Shown piece by piece: positions 1 to 9,166 of a DNA stretch of 64,000 bases (position 1 is the stretch's first letter; the number at the start of each line of letters is the position of its first letter). Below the pieces are notes generated by a model. That model made no database searches, was not told the origin of the DNA, and worked only from the letters and a program-made list of their open reading frames with translations. The DNA lies in the NCBI GenBank assembly GCA_041660505.1, contig JBAZWG010000002.1, forward strand, positions 868 through 64,867, written 5' to 3'. Both the position numbers and the translations under genes were made by a program. Source of the DNA: Minisyncoccota bacterium. Lineage in GTDB: Bacteria > Patescibacteriota > Minisyncoccia > Phycocordibacterales > JACRKE01.

Positions 1-2
1 TC

Positions 3-158
3 CGTTGCCGACACATGTCCCGTGTCGCACTCCGCAACCAACCCGGCCTCTACGAACGCACCTGCGCCAAGTGCGGTAAACCCATAAGCACGCCATACGC
101 TCCAGACCGGCCGGAGATTGTGTATTGCGAAACATGTTACCAACAGGAGGTTGTATAA
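3..158 (+). CDS. 3' end of Cys-rich (CxxC zinc-ribbon) CPR-family protein, partial at window edge
   Basis: Frame 3 reads RCRHMSRVALRNQPGLYERTCAKCGKPISTPYAPDRPEIVYCETCYQQEVV*, nearly the same C-terminus as 4440..6152 (YAPDRPEIVYCEQCYQNEVV). Confidence 0.85.
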   Translation, partial: RCRHMSRVALRNQPGLYERTCAKCGKPISTPYAPDRPEIVYCETCYQQEVV

Positions 159-204
159 AATAGCTATTTTTGAATAAATTTCAGTCTTTCCATCACAAAT
201 AATT

Positions 205-1074
205 ATGGAACCGCTTGTGTCAGACACGGAGAATATTGAACCGACATATGAAAAAAATATTGGTTCTCGACTTATTTCTGTTTTAATGAACGAAGAGTTG
301 GCACCTTATTGCCTTAACACGTATATTAATTCATTTTCGGGAATGGGAGTGGATAATCCTGAACAGCATGCACAGAAAACGAACGAGTTGCTTTCGCAGG
401 ACAAGCCACTGCGTGAGCGAGAACGGGAAATCTGGGAATATTTGAAGACGCTTTCGGTGCATTATACACCTTTTGAGTCATATGTTGCCGGGCTCGTAAA
501 CGAACGACGAGACATTATGTTCAAGCAGGTTGCTCCGAACTTACTCATCGAAGGAAAAACTTTGGATTTCGGTGCTGGCAATGGAGAGTTTATGAGACAG
601 GTCCATGCGAGCTTCCCAAAACTGGACATTGAAGGATGGGATGTTGTAAGCGATGATTCAAAGGGCCAGGTGCAGGTATACGACGGTAAAGTCGTACCTC
701 GTGATGATAAATTTTATGATCAGGCATATGCGACCACTGTCCTTCATCATACGGCAGACCCATTTGCCGGTGCAGAAGAAATGGCACGGCTTACAAAAGA
801 ACGCCTTATTCTGATCGAGACAATTCCCGGTGAGCACACCGGCGATCGCAAAAAAGACTGGGACATTACCTTTGTTGCCGATTACTTTTGGCGTTTGATC
901 CACCGAAGCACCGAACCGGTACCCGGCTCATATTTAACAGCAGAAGAATGGCAAAAATTGTTTACAGAAAGATTGGGGTTCAAGCTAAAACACTTTGAAA
1001 ACCTAGGCCAAGACCAGAAAACAATCACCGTGAAGCACATACTTGCCGTGTTTGAACGAACCAGGGTTGTATAA
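205..1074 (+). CDS. Class I SAM-dependent methyltransferase
   Basis: Motif I LDFGAGNG, acidic residue after beta2 (GWDV), YDQAYATTVLHH. Confidence 0.8.
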   Translation: MEPLVSDTENIEPTYEKNIGSRLISVLMNEELAPYCLNTYINSFSGMGVDNPEQHAQKTNELLSQDKPLREREREIWEYLKTLSVHYTPFESYVAGLVNERRDIMFKQVAPNLLIEGKTLDFGAGNGEFMRQVHASFPKLDIEGWDVVSDDSKGQVQVYDGKVVPRDDKFYDQAYATTVLHHTADPFAGAEEMARLTKERLILIETIPGEHTGDRKKDWDITFVADYFWRLIHRSTEPVPGSYLTAEEWQKLFTERLGFKLKHFENLGQDQKTITVKHILAVFERTRVV

Positions 1075-1101
1075 GGAAGAGAGCTCTGGTATAGTTTACC
1101 C

Positions 1102-1419
1102 ATGAAAGCAAAAGCTCCTAGTACGAAAAAGTATTTGACCGAGAAAAAGTTCGGTATTTTTCAGAGTACTTTTGATAAGGCCATGACGGGGATTGCGAAA
1201 TCTTTCGCCGGAATTCATCAACTTCTTGCAGAACACGGCAGAATGCATGCAAGCCATACAAAATCCTTTGAGTTAATAATGACCGAACTGAAAACAATTC
1301 ACACAGATAACCAACATTTCAAGCAAACTATGTCGGCCATGCAGCGCGATTTAACTGGGCATGATAGACAGCTCGACAATCATGAAATCCGCATAGAGAA
1401 ACTGGAGGTACATGCATAG
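1102..1419 (+). CDS. Hypothetical coiled-coil protein
   Basis: 105 aa heptad-like ORF ending HEIRIEKLE; TGGTATAGT extended -10 six nt upstream of ATG. Confidence 0.6.
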   Translation: MKAKAPSTKKYLTEKKFGIFQSTFDKAMTGIAKSFAGIHQLLAEHGRMHASHTKSFELIMTELKTIHTDNQHFKQTMSAMQRDLTGHDRQLDNHEIRIEKLEVHA

Positions 1420-2299
1420 AACTCCAGAAAAAAATATTCTTGTATTTTATCACGCCAATTGCCCGGATGGGTTTGGCGCCGCTTGGTCGGCTTGGAAGTC
1501 GCTTGGCGACACAGCAGAATATATTCCTTATCAGCATGGGCGCACGCAACTGCCGGATGTAACGAGTAAAGAGGTTTATACGCTTGATATGACCTTACCC
1601 GAGCCGGTATTTAGTGATGTGTTGATTAAAGCTAAATCACTAACGAGCATTGATCATCACATTACAAATCAAGATCATATTGGCCGATCAACGAAATTCG
1701 TTTTTAACGTGAATCATTCCGGCGCATCACTTTCTTGGATCTACTTTCATCCAGAGTTGCCGGTGCCTAAACTTATTCAATATGTAGAGGATAACGACTT
1801 ATGGCTTCATAAGTTACCTTTTGCTCAGGAGATTCCATCAGCGACATGGCTTTTAGACTATAACTTCGATGAGTGGAGCGATTATGCAGACCTACTTGAT
1901 GATTCAGTAGGATTTGAGAAATCTACAGAACAGGGGACACTCTTGCTTAAAGCATTCTTGAAGCAAGCAGGCGAGCTGGCCGAGGAGCACTATTTTATAG
2001 AACTCGAAGGGATGAAAATCCCGGTTGCGAACTGCCCGGGCCATGTCTCCGACGTTGGTCATATGCTCTATACCAAGTATCCGCCGATGGCACTCATGTG
2101 GTCACGCAAGAAGAACGCAATAGTTGTGTCATTACGCTCCGACGGCAACAAAGACGTCTCGGAACTTGCTGTTAAATACGGCGGGGGCGGTCACAAAGCG
2201 GCTGCGGGGTTTACGATACTTCTGGATACCGTAGATATGCCGGAAAATAAGCTAAAAAAAGACTTGTTGGCCAAACTTCTTTCCCCTTCGCAAAAGTAG
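1412..2299 (+). CDS. DHH/DHHA1 family phosphoesterase
   Basis: YHANCPDG, IDHH, DxD (EDND), SLRS and GGGGHKAAAG motifs. Confidence 0.88.
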   Translation: MHRTPEKNILVFYHANCPDGFGAAWSAWKSLGDTAEYIPYQHGRTQLPDVTSKEVYTLDMTLPEPVFSDVLIKAKSLTSIDHHITNQDHIGRSTKFVFNVNHSGASLSWIYFHPELPVPKLIQYVEDNDLWLHKLPFAQEIPSATWLLDYNFDEWSDYADLLDDSVGFEKSTEQGTLLLKAFLKQAGELAEEHYFIELEGMKIPVANCPGHVSDVGHMLYTKYPPMALMWSRKKNAIVVSLRSDGNKDVSELAVKYGGGGHKAAAGFTILLDTVDMPENKLKKDLLAKLLSPSQK

Positions 2300-2338
2300 C
2301 TATTCTCTGCTATTATTAGCCATACATAACAATATTGT

Positions 2339-3676
2339 ATGGAAAGAACATATATCAAGGATCTTGGCCAACAAATTGGCCAGGAAGTGCTAATTAAAGG
2401 CTGGGTTAACGGGCGACGCGATCAAGGCAAGTTGGTCTTCTTCGACTTTCGCGATATGAGCGGACTTGTACAGGGAGTAGTGCTTCCTAAAAGCTCGGCG
2501 ATGGATACGGCTAAGGACATCCGAAATGAATTTGTGGTAAAGGTAGAGGGGGTTGTAAATAAAAGGGCGGAAAGAAATATTCAAGCCGGACGCAAAAATG
2601 GCGACATAGAAATTGAGGTAAAGAAGATTGAGGTCCTGGCTGCGGCAGAGGCTTTGCCATTCGACATGTCATTCGAGAGTTTTAATTTCGATTTAACGAC
2701 ACAGCTTGATCACCGCGCCTTAATGCTCCGCCACCCGCGCTTACAAGCGATATTCAAAGTGCAAAGCGTCATCATAGATTCCTTCCGGGAATACATGAAG
2801 AGTCAGAACTTCTTTGAGTTCCAAGCTCCGTCTATCACTCCGGCCACTGCGGAAGGGGGCGCGGAGGTCTTTCAGGTTAATTATTTCGACAAGAAGGCAT
2901 ACCTTTCTCAATCTCCGCAACTGTATAAGCAGATTGTGATGACAGCTTTCGAGAGGGTCTTTTCGGTAAATAAAATCTTTCGCGCAGAGCCGAGTGCTAC
3001 CACCAGACATCTGACCGAGATTGTTTCTCTTGATGCCGAGATGGCATTCATCGACTCTTGGCTTGACGTAAGAGATATGTCAGAATCAACCGTGCGCTAT
3101 ATTCTCAAGGAGGTGAGTACCCGATGCGCAGATGAGTTGGCCATCCTTGGTGCCGAAATTCCAACCATGATTGACAAAACACCCACCCTGTCACTTACGG
3201 AGGTGCAAGAGAAAATATTTAAGGCCAGTGGCCGCGACTGTCGCGGTGATAAAGACCTTAATCCGGAAGATGAGCGGGCAATATGCGAAATTATTAAGGA
3301 AGAGACCGGTTCAGATTTCGTCTACGTCTATGGTTATCCGACTCGCCAGAAGCCCTTCTATGTCTACCCTAATCCGGAAAATCCAGAATTTAACGAGGGG
3401 ATGGACCTTCTCTGTCGCGGCGTGGAGTGGCTCTCCGGCGGACGTCGCATCAACGACTACAAGCAGCTTATGCAGCATGTAAATGAGTGGAACATGGACC
3501 CGGAGAAAATTTCTATGTTCCTGGAGGCCTTTCGCTACGGGGTCCCGCCAGAAGGCGGGTTTGCGTTCGGAGCAGAGAGACTTACGATGCAGATATTGGG
3601 ACTCAAGAATGTCCGAGAGGCCTCAATGTTCCCAAGGGACATGAATCGGATAGATACATTATTAAGCCAGGAGTAA
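2339..3676 (+). CDS. aspS: Aspartate--tRNA(Asp/Asn) ligase, non-discriminating archaeal-type
   Basis: N-terminal OB fold, LSQSPQLYKQ, FRAEPSATTRHLTE motif 2, YGVPPEGGFAFGAERL motif 3; 445 aa with no GAD insertion. Confidence 0.9.
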   Translation: MERTYIKDLGQQIGQEVLIKGWVNGRRDQGKLVFFDFRDMSGLVQGVVLPKSSAMDTAKDIRNEFVVKVEGVVNKRAERNIQAGRKNGDIEIEVKKIEVLAAAEALPFDMSFESFNFDLTTQLDHRALMLRHPRLQAIFKVQSVIIDSFREYMKSQNFFEFQAPSITPATAEGGAEVFQVNYFDKKAYLSQSPQLYKQIVMTAFERVFSVNKIFRAEPSATTRHLTEIVSLDAEMAFIDSWLDVRDMSESTVRYILKEVSTRCADELAILGAEIPTMIDKTPTLSLTEVQEKIFKASGRDCRGDKDLNPEDERAICEIIKEETGSDFVYVYGYPTRQKPFYVYPNPENPEFNEGMDLLCRGVEWLSGGRRINDYKQLMQHVNEWNMDPEKISMFLEAFRYGVPPEGGFAFGAERLTMQILGLKNVREASMFPRDMNRIDTLLSQE

Positions 3677-4413
3677 TGCCGCAATTCGCCGTCAAAAATG
3701 AAAAATTCGAGGGACCGCTCGGGCTTTTGCTTACCTTGATCACCGAACGCAAGATGCATATTTCGGAAGTTTCTTTGGCCGAGATTGCCGACACTTATAT
3801 TTCTTACGCGTCTAAGCTCGAGGAGTTCCCGATACACGAATCAGCCGAGTTCTTACTCGTCGCCTCGACACTCATGCTTATCAAATCGCGTTCGCTCTTG
3901 CCCGGCATAGTCATAACAGACGACGAGCAGAGCGAGATAAAAAATCTTGAGGAGCGCTTGAGGTTATACGCAATATATCAAGAGGCAGGCAAGAAAATTT
4001 CTGAAGAGTTCGGGGCTAGAGAATTACTATTACCATATGAACGTAAAGAAACTGTTATATTCGCACCGCCCGCAGACGGTTCGCTATGGCCAACAGGGTT
4101 GTCTAGAATAGTCATGAACCTGCTTAATGCCATACCAACTATCGCGCCTATCCCGCAGACGACAATCAAGAAGATAATGTCGCTGGAGGAGGCAATGCAA
4201 GGTCTGCTCACGCGCGTCACGCAGGGGATTAAACTGTCGTTTAGAGAAGCTCATGAGGGCAAGCACGGGCCGGAGCATAAGCTAAATATTGTTTTAAGCT
4301 TCCTAGCTCTGCTCGAATTAATGAGGAGAGGCAAAATAAGCGTCGAACAGCACAGCACCTTCCATGACATACTTATCCAACCGGAAGAAGTAAGCACACC
4401 GATATATGGATAA
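3676..4413 (+). CDS. scpA: Segregation and condensation protein A
   Basis: FEGPLGLLLTLI, LMLIKSRSLLP, FLALLEL; start placed at ATG 3676 overlapping the aspS TAA. Confidence 0.9.
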   Translation: MPQFAVKNEKFEGPLGLLLTLITERKMHISEVSLAEIADTYISYASKLEEFPIHESAEFLLVASTLMLIKSRSLLPGIVITDDEQSEIKNLEERLRLYAIYQEAGKKISEEFGARELLLPYERKETVIFAPPADGSLWPTGLSRIVMNLLNAIPTIAPIPQTTIKKIMSLEEAMQGLLTRVTQGIKLSFREAHEGKHGPEHKLNIVLSFLALLELMRRGKISVEQHSTFHDILIQPEEVSTPIYG

Positions 4414-4439
4414 AAATATAGCGAAATAAAAAAACTAAA

Positions 4440-6152
4440 ATGAACCGAGAAAATAAATCCTGCCAGAATTGTAAACAAAGCTTCGTAATAGAACCGGAGG
4501 ATTTCGCCTTTTACGAGAAGATAAAAGTTCCTCCGCCCACTTTCTGCCGTGAATGCCGCAGGACGCGTAGACTATTGTGGCGAAACATTCGTACGCTTTA
4601 TCGCGGCTCTTGTGCGCTTTGCGGACAGGCTACAATATCGATGTACGCACCAGAGAGCCCTTATGTCGTATATTGCCGCACCTGCTGGTATTCCGACAAG
4701 TGGGACCCGACGAGCTATGGGCGCGATTACGACTTCTCTCGACCATTCTTCGAACAATTTGGTGAATTACTCCGTGTCGTGCCACGCGTTGCGATACTAT
4801 ATTACGGTAATCCTGTTAACTGCACTGCTTCTAACTCGCTCCTTGATAGCAAGAATTTGTACATGTGTTATTCGGGTATTTTTAGCGAGGACTGTGCATA
4901 TTCGCAAAATTTAGACCAATCCAGAAGCTCCTTTGATTGTCTCGATGCAAAAGAGCTGGAGCTTTGTTATGAAAATGTCGATGCCACCAAAAATTACAAT
5001 TCGCACCACCTCGTACATACGCGCAATTGTCTAGAATCATCTTTCCTTTACGATTGCTCAAACTGTCAGAACTGTTTTATGAGCAGTAATTTGCGCAATA
5101 AACAGTATGTGTTTCGCAATAAGCAATACAACAAAGCAGACTATGAACTTGCAATCAAGGAATTAAATACCGGCACCATAGCCACTATTGAGGCACTGCG
5201 TACTGAATTTAGGCAGATGATCAAGGGAGCATTGCATAAATATGCCGATATAAACAAATCTTCAAATTGCACAGGAGATATGATTGACAGCTCAAACAGC
5301 GTTCGCCAGTCGTTCAATGTTTACAACGGCGATAATCTTAAATACTGCGATCGACTATTACCCGGCCATAAAGATTCTTATGATGTTATGGGCGGCAGGG
5401 GTTCGGAATTACTGTATGAAGGGATTATTTGCGGGTCAGGATCCAACACTATTCATTTCTTCAATTCTTCCGACCAAGCTCGCGAAACAGATTACACAGA
5501 CTGGTGCATGGATGTTTCTAATTTATTCGGCTGCGTGTCTTTGAGAAAAAAGAAATATTGCATATTAAACAAGCAATACTCGCAGGGGGAATATATCGCT
5601 CTGCATAAAAAAATTATAGAACACACTACCCAGACCGGAGAGTATGGGGAATTCTACCCTAAAGAAATCTCACTTTTTGCATATAATGAGACGTTGGCTC
5701 AAGAATACGACCCTCTCACAAAAGTAGAAGCTCTCGCAAAAGGTTTTAGGTGGCGAGACCCCGACACCAAGGATTATAAAGTTACGCTCCCAACGCAAAA
5801 CCTCCCGGAGTCAATAGATGAGATTGATGACAACATCATTAACGAGACCATTGGTTGCGCGCATGAAGGAAAGTGTAACGACGGGTGTACTACTGCCTTT
5901 CGAATAATACCAACAGAACTTTCCTTGTATCGCAATATGCGACTTCCCATACCGCGTTTATGCCCAAACTGTCGACACGTAGAAAGACTTTCGTATCGCA
6001 ATCCATTCTATCTTTGGCACCGACAATGCATGTGCGATAAAGCTCATTCTCATCATCAAGGTCATTGCTCGAATGAATTTGAAACAACCTACGCCCCTGA
6101 TCGGCCGGAGATAGTTTATTGTGAACAGTGTTATCAAAATGAAGTTGTCTAA
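4440..6152 (+). CDS. Cys-rich multi-CxxC protein (CPR family, function unknown)
   Basis: CQNC, PPPTFCREC, CALC, CRTC, LFGCVSLRKKKYCILNKQY, PRLCPNCR, YCEQCY. Confidence 0.85.
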   Translation: MNRENKSCQNCKQSFVIEPEDFAFYEKIKVPPPTFCRECRRTRRLLWRNIRTLYRGSCALCGQATISMYAPESPYVVYCRTCWYSDKWDPTSYGRDYDFSRPFFEQFGELLRVVPRVAILYYGNPVNCTASNSLLDSKNLYMCYSGIFSEDCAYSQNLDQSRSSFDCLDAKELELCYENVDATKNYNSHHLVHTRNCLESSFLYDCSNCQNCFMSSNLRNKQYVFRNKQYNKADYELAIKELNTGTIATIEALRTEFRQMIKGALHKYADINKSSNCTGDMIDSSNSVRQSFNVYNGDNLKYCDRLLPGHKDSYDVMGGRGSELLYEGIICGSGSNTIHFFNSSDQARETDYTDWCMDVSNLFGCVSLRKKKYCILNKQYSQGEYIALHKKIIEHTTQTGEYGEFYPKEISLFAYNETLAQEYDPLTKVEALAKGFRWRDPDTKDYKVTLPTQNLPESIDEIDDNIINETIGCAHEGKCNDGCTTAFRIIPTELSLYRNMRLPIPRLCPNCRHVERLSYRNPFYLWHRQCMCDKAHSHHQGHCSNEFETTYAPDRPEIVYCEQCYQNEVV

Positions 6153-6160
6153 TTTAATCA

Positions 6161-6202
6161 GCTCCGACGCTTTGGTCGGAGCCCCGACTGCAACGTCGGG
6201 GC
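6161..6202. repeat. Tandem double hairpin (REP-like element or terminator)
   Basis: GCTCCGAC-N6-GTCGGAGC overlapping GCCCCGAC-N6-GTCGGGGC. Confidence 0.7.
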
Positions 6203-6227
6203 AAGAAGTGGTATAATAGAAGATAAT

Positions 6228-6278
6228 ATGGAAGTCAGGATACTTGAATACAAGATTGGATTGGATGAACTCAAATAA
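6228..6278 (+). pseudogene. 16-codon ORF, possible N-terminal remnant of a deleted gene
   Basis: MEVRILEYKIGLDELK* just downstream of TGGTATAAT; loosely resembles DUF5674-type N-termini from memory. Confidence 0.3.
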
Positions 6279-6282
6279 TAAC

Positions 6283-6582
6283 ATGGAGAGAACAGCACTA
6301 TTCTACATGGCGAATGCGCACCCAGAGATTGGGAGGATGTTGAACTATGCCGAAAAGGGCGAGACGATTGCAGCCGAAGCGGCGCAACAACGCGCCCTTG
6401 CTATCGTTGATACGATACTTGCGCGGCACGATATCGCTCCCGCAGGTAGGGAGGAGTGGCGTGCCGTAAAAAGTCTTCTGATGGGTTATACGATCCTTGA
6501 TGAGTACGCACGCAAGGTATTGCGGAACTTTGCCGAACCGTTTTCTTACAAATTTATGTATGAATACGCACATGGAAAGTAG
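6283..6582 (+). CDS. Hypothetical alpha-helical protein
   Basis: MANAHPEIGRML...RALAIVD; ATG 6283 preferred to TTG 6244; overlaps the scpB start. Confidence 0.6.
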   Translation: MERTALFYMANAHPEIGRMLNYAEKGETIAAEAAQQRALAIVDTILARHDIAPAGREEWRAVKSLLMGYTILDEYARKVLRNFAEPFSYKFMYEYAHGK

Positions 6583-7117
6583 CGTGATACAACTCGACCG
6601 GAAAATAGAGGCTCTGCTTTTTATGAAAGGCGAGCCTATGGGGATTGCGGAGCTTATGAAGCTTTGTTCTGTCGGAGAAGGGGAGCTTGAGATGGCCATT
6701 GCAGAACTAATTACGCGACTTGAGGCGGGCGCGACGCGGCTCACACGCACGGAGGATACTGTGGCGCTCACGACCAAGCCGGAGCTTTATGAATTCTTGC
6801 AGGAAGTCTTGAAGCTGGAGCGGACAGAGCCTTTGACCAAATCCCAGCTCGAAGTTCTCTCGATAGTCTTGTACGAGCATCCCGTAAGCGCGGCCAAGGT
6901 AGAATATGTGCGCGGGGTTAATTCTCGCTACAGAATCCGTGCGCTTATGCTCCGCGGGCTTATCGAGCGCAAAGCAGACGAGAACGACGCTCGAGTTTCT
7001 CTCTATGTGCCGACCATCGAGCTCCTCCAACTCCTAGGAATCACGGATGTGACACGATTGCCGGATTATGCTTTAATTAAAGACAAACTTGCCGCTGTGG
7101 TACAAGACAAGCATTAG
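6572..7117 (+). CDS. scpB: Segregation and condensation protein B
   Basis: IEALLF, LTKSQLEVLSIVLY, YVRGVNS, LMLRGLIE. Confidence 0.9.
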   Translation: MESSVIQLDRKIEALLFMKGEPMGIAELMKLCSVGEGELEMAIAELITRLEAGATRLTRTEDTVALTTKPELYEFLQEVLKLERTEPLTKSQLEVLSIVLYEHPVSAAKVEYVRGVNSRYRIRALMLRGLIERKADENDARVSLYVPTIELLQLLGITDVTRLPDYALIKDKLAAVVQDKH

Positions 7118-7128
7118 GCATTATCTTT

Positions 7129-8193
7129 ATGAACGCGCCGATTTTAAAGATTTTTATACCGCTTACCATATCATTCCTAACCGGATTGGCGATAACGCCG
7201 ACTCTAACTACTTTTTTATATAAACACAAATTGTGGAAGAAGAAGGTACGCAGTGTCGGTATCGACGGCAAGGCCACGCCGATCTTCAGCAATCTGCATA
7301 AAGATAAAGAGGTTGGCACCCCGCGCATGGGCGGTATCGTGATCTGGGGGAGTACGCTGATAACTACACTTATATTTTTCGGCCTGGCGCAAGTCGATCA
7401 TAACAGTATTCTCGAACGATTCTCTTTTCTCTCGCGCAATCAAACCTGGCTGCCGTTTATTTCTCTTATCGCCGGCTCTTTAGTTGGTCTGATAGACGAC
7501 ATCTTGCACGTTGCGGAGAACGAGGGTCACGCGGTGGGCGGAGGGGGCCTCTCTTTGGCGAAGCGCCTAGCCGCAGTGCTTGTCATCGGGCTCATCGGCG
7601 GCTGGTGGTTCTATGCCAAGCTTGGCAACAGCACCCTCTGGTTCCCATTCGAAGGCCAGATCTACGTCGGATTATGGATGATACCACTGTTTATGCTGGT
7701 AATGATTGCAATGTATTCCGGTACTGTTATTGACGGGCTAGACGGCTTGTCCGGCGGAATCTTTACTATCATGTACGCGTCGTATTCTCTCATCGCTTTC
7801 TATCAAACGCAATATGACATAGCCGCACTTTGTGCGGTAATCGCCGGCGCAACGCTTGCGTTCCTTTGGTTCAATATCCCGCCCGCCAGATTCTATATGA
7901 CAGAGACCGGTACGCTTGGCCTAACTATTACCTTGGCAGTTATTGCCTTTCTTACAGACACCGTTCCGGTTCTTGTCTTTATTGGTTTTCCCCTGCTCGC
8001 GGAATCAGGTTCAGACATCATTCAACTATTGTCAAAAAAATTCAGAGGCGGTAAGAAAGTTTTTCTTGTCGCACCGATACATCATCACTTCGAGGCGCTT
8101 GGCTGGCCGTCGTATAAAGTGACAATGCGCTTCTGGATAGTGGGTATCATCACATCTATCATGGGTATTGTTGTAGCGATAGCGGGCAAATAG
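7129..8193 (+). CDS. mraY: Phospho-N-acetylmuramoyl-pentapeptide transferase
   Basis: GTPRMGG, GLIDD, DGLDGL, APIHHHFE; multi-TM. Confidence 0.95.
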   Translation: MNAPILKIFIPLTISFLTGLAITPTLTTFLYKHKLWKKKVRSVGIDGKATPIFSNLHKDKEVGTPRMGGIVIWGSTLITTLIFFGLAQVDHNSILERFSFLSRNQTWLPFISLIAGSLVGLIDDILHVAENEGHAVGGGGLSLAKRLAAVLVIGLIGGWWFYAKLGNSTLWFPFEGQIYVGLWMIPLFMLVMIAMYSGTVIDGLDGLSGGIFTIMYASYSLIAFYQTQYDIAALCAVIAGATLAFLWFNIPPARFYMTETGTLGLTITLAVIAFLTDTVPVLVFIGFPLLAESGSDIIQLLSKKFRGGKKVFLVAPIHHHFEALGWPSYKVTMRFWIVGIITSIMGIVVAIAGK

Positions 8194-8201
8194 AGCAGAT
8201 T

Positions 8202-9164
8202 ATGATAGAACGCTTTACTGTAAAGATGCTTAGAGGATCGGCAGAGCAATTGAAATTCAAGTGTATTGTTGAGCCTAAGTTCGGCCATGTCGGTTATATA
8301 GAAAATAATACCGGCGAGAGATTCTTTTTTAAGTTATCAGCTCTGGATATAAATCCACTGGGCGCTTCGAAGATTGCGACTGATAAAGATTATACGCAAT
8401 TCCTGCTGGAGAAATTCGGTTATCCTGTGATATCCACAGAAACATTCTTCTCTGACGAATGGTGCAGAATAAATAATACCCAGAATAATTTAACTGCCGC
8501 ACTGGAATACGCAGAAAAGGTTGGTTATCCGCGCATAGTTAAACCCAACAGCAAGGGCCAGGGTAGGGGAGTGGCCAAAGTATATTCCGACGAAGAGCTC
8601 AAATTGGCACTTATTAATATTTTCGCAATAGATAATATCGCGCTTATACAGCCTTGCGTTCCGGGTACTGATTATCGCGTTGTAGTGTATAAAGATAAAG
8701 TTGTAGCGGCATATTCTCGCACGCCACTTATTATATTCGGCGACGGAATAAAAAGCATACGAGAGCTCTTGCCTGCATATGACATACCACTGCCAACAAT
8801 CGTATCGAGGATAAAGCGCGAGTATAATTTGACATTGGATTCTATCCCAAAAAATGGCGAGAGATTACAGCTTCTGGATAATGCCAACCTCTCGACCGGA
8901 GGCCAAGCCAGAGACATGACAGATACTATATGCGATAACGCGAAAGAGTTAGCCATAAAAGCGGTAAAAGATCTGGGGCTCAATCTGGCGGGCGTTGATA
9001 TTTTAACCACAGACGATATCGAGAAGAGCATGGTAGAATATGTAATTGTAGAGGTTAATTCGATGCCGGGCATGGAACATTATTCGGCACTAGGTCCGGA
9101 CCAGCTTGAGCGTACTCGCAGATTATACATAGATATAGTGCAAGATTATTTTAGCCATGATTAG
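8202..9164 (+). CDS. ATP-grasp ligase (cyanophycin synthetase/GshB-like ATP-grasp domain)
   Basis: YPRIVKPNSKGQGRGV, DYRVVV, NANLSTGG, GVDI, IVEVNSMPG. Confidence 0.8.
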   Translation: MIERFTVKMLRGSAEQLKFKCIVEPKFGHVGYIENNTGERFFFKLSALDINPLGASKIATDKDYTQFLLEKFGYPVISTETFFSDEWCRINNTQNNLTAALEYAEKVGYPRIVKPNSKGQGRGVAKVYSDEELKLALINIFAIDNIALIQPCVPGTDYRVVVYKDKVVAAYSRTPLIIFGDGIKSIRELLPAYDIPLPTIVSRIKREYNLTLDSIPKNGERLQLLDNANLSTGGQARDMTDTICDNAKELAIKAVKDLGLNLAGVDILTTDDIEKSMVEYVIVEVNSMPGMEHYSALGPDQLERTRRLYIDIVQDYFSHD

Positions 9165-9166
9165 TA

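Noticed and set aside
3487-3675. Extended N-termini in the ORF track (scpA 3487, scpB 6497, mreB 35397, priA 47948, MerR 54679, mrdA 27689)
   Set aside because: The extensions overlap neighbouring genes or promoters; downstream ATGs fit family starts and the -10 spacing
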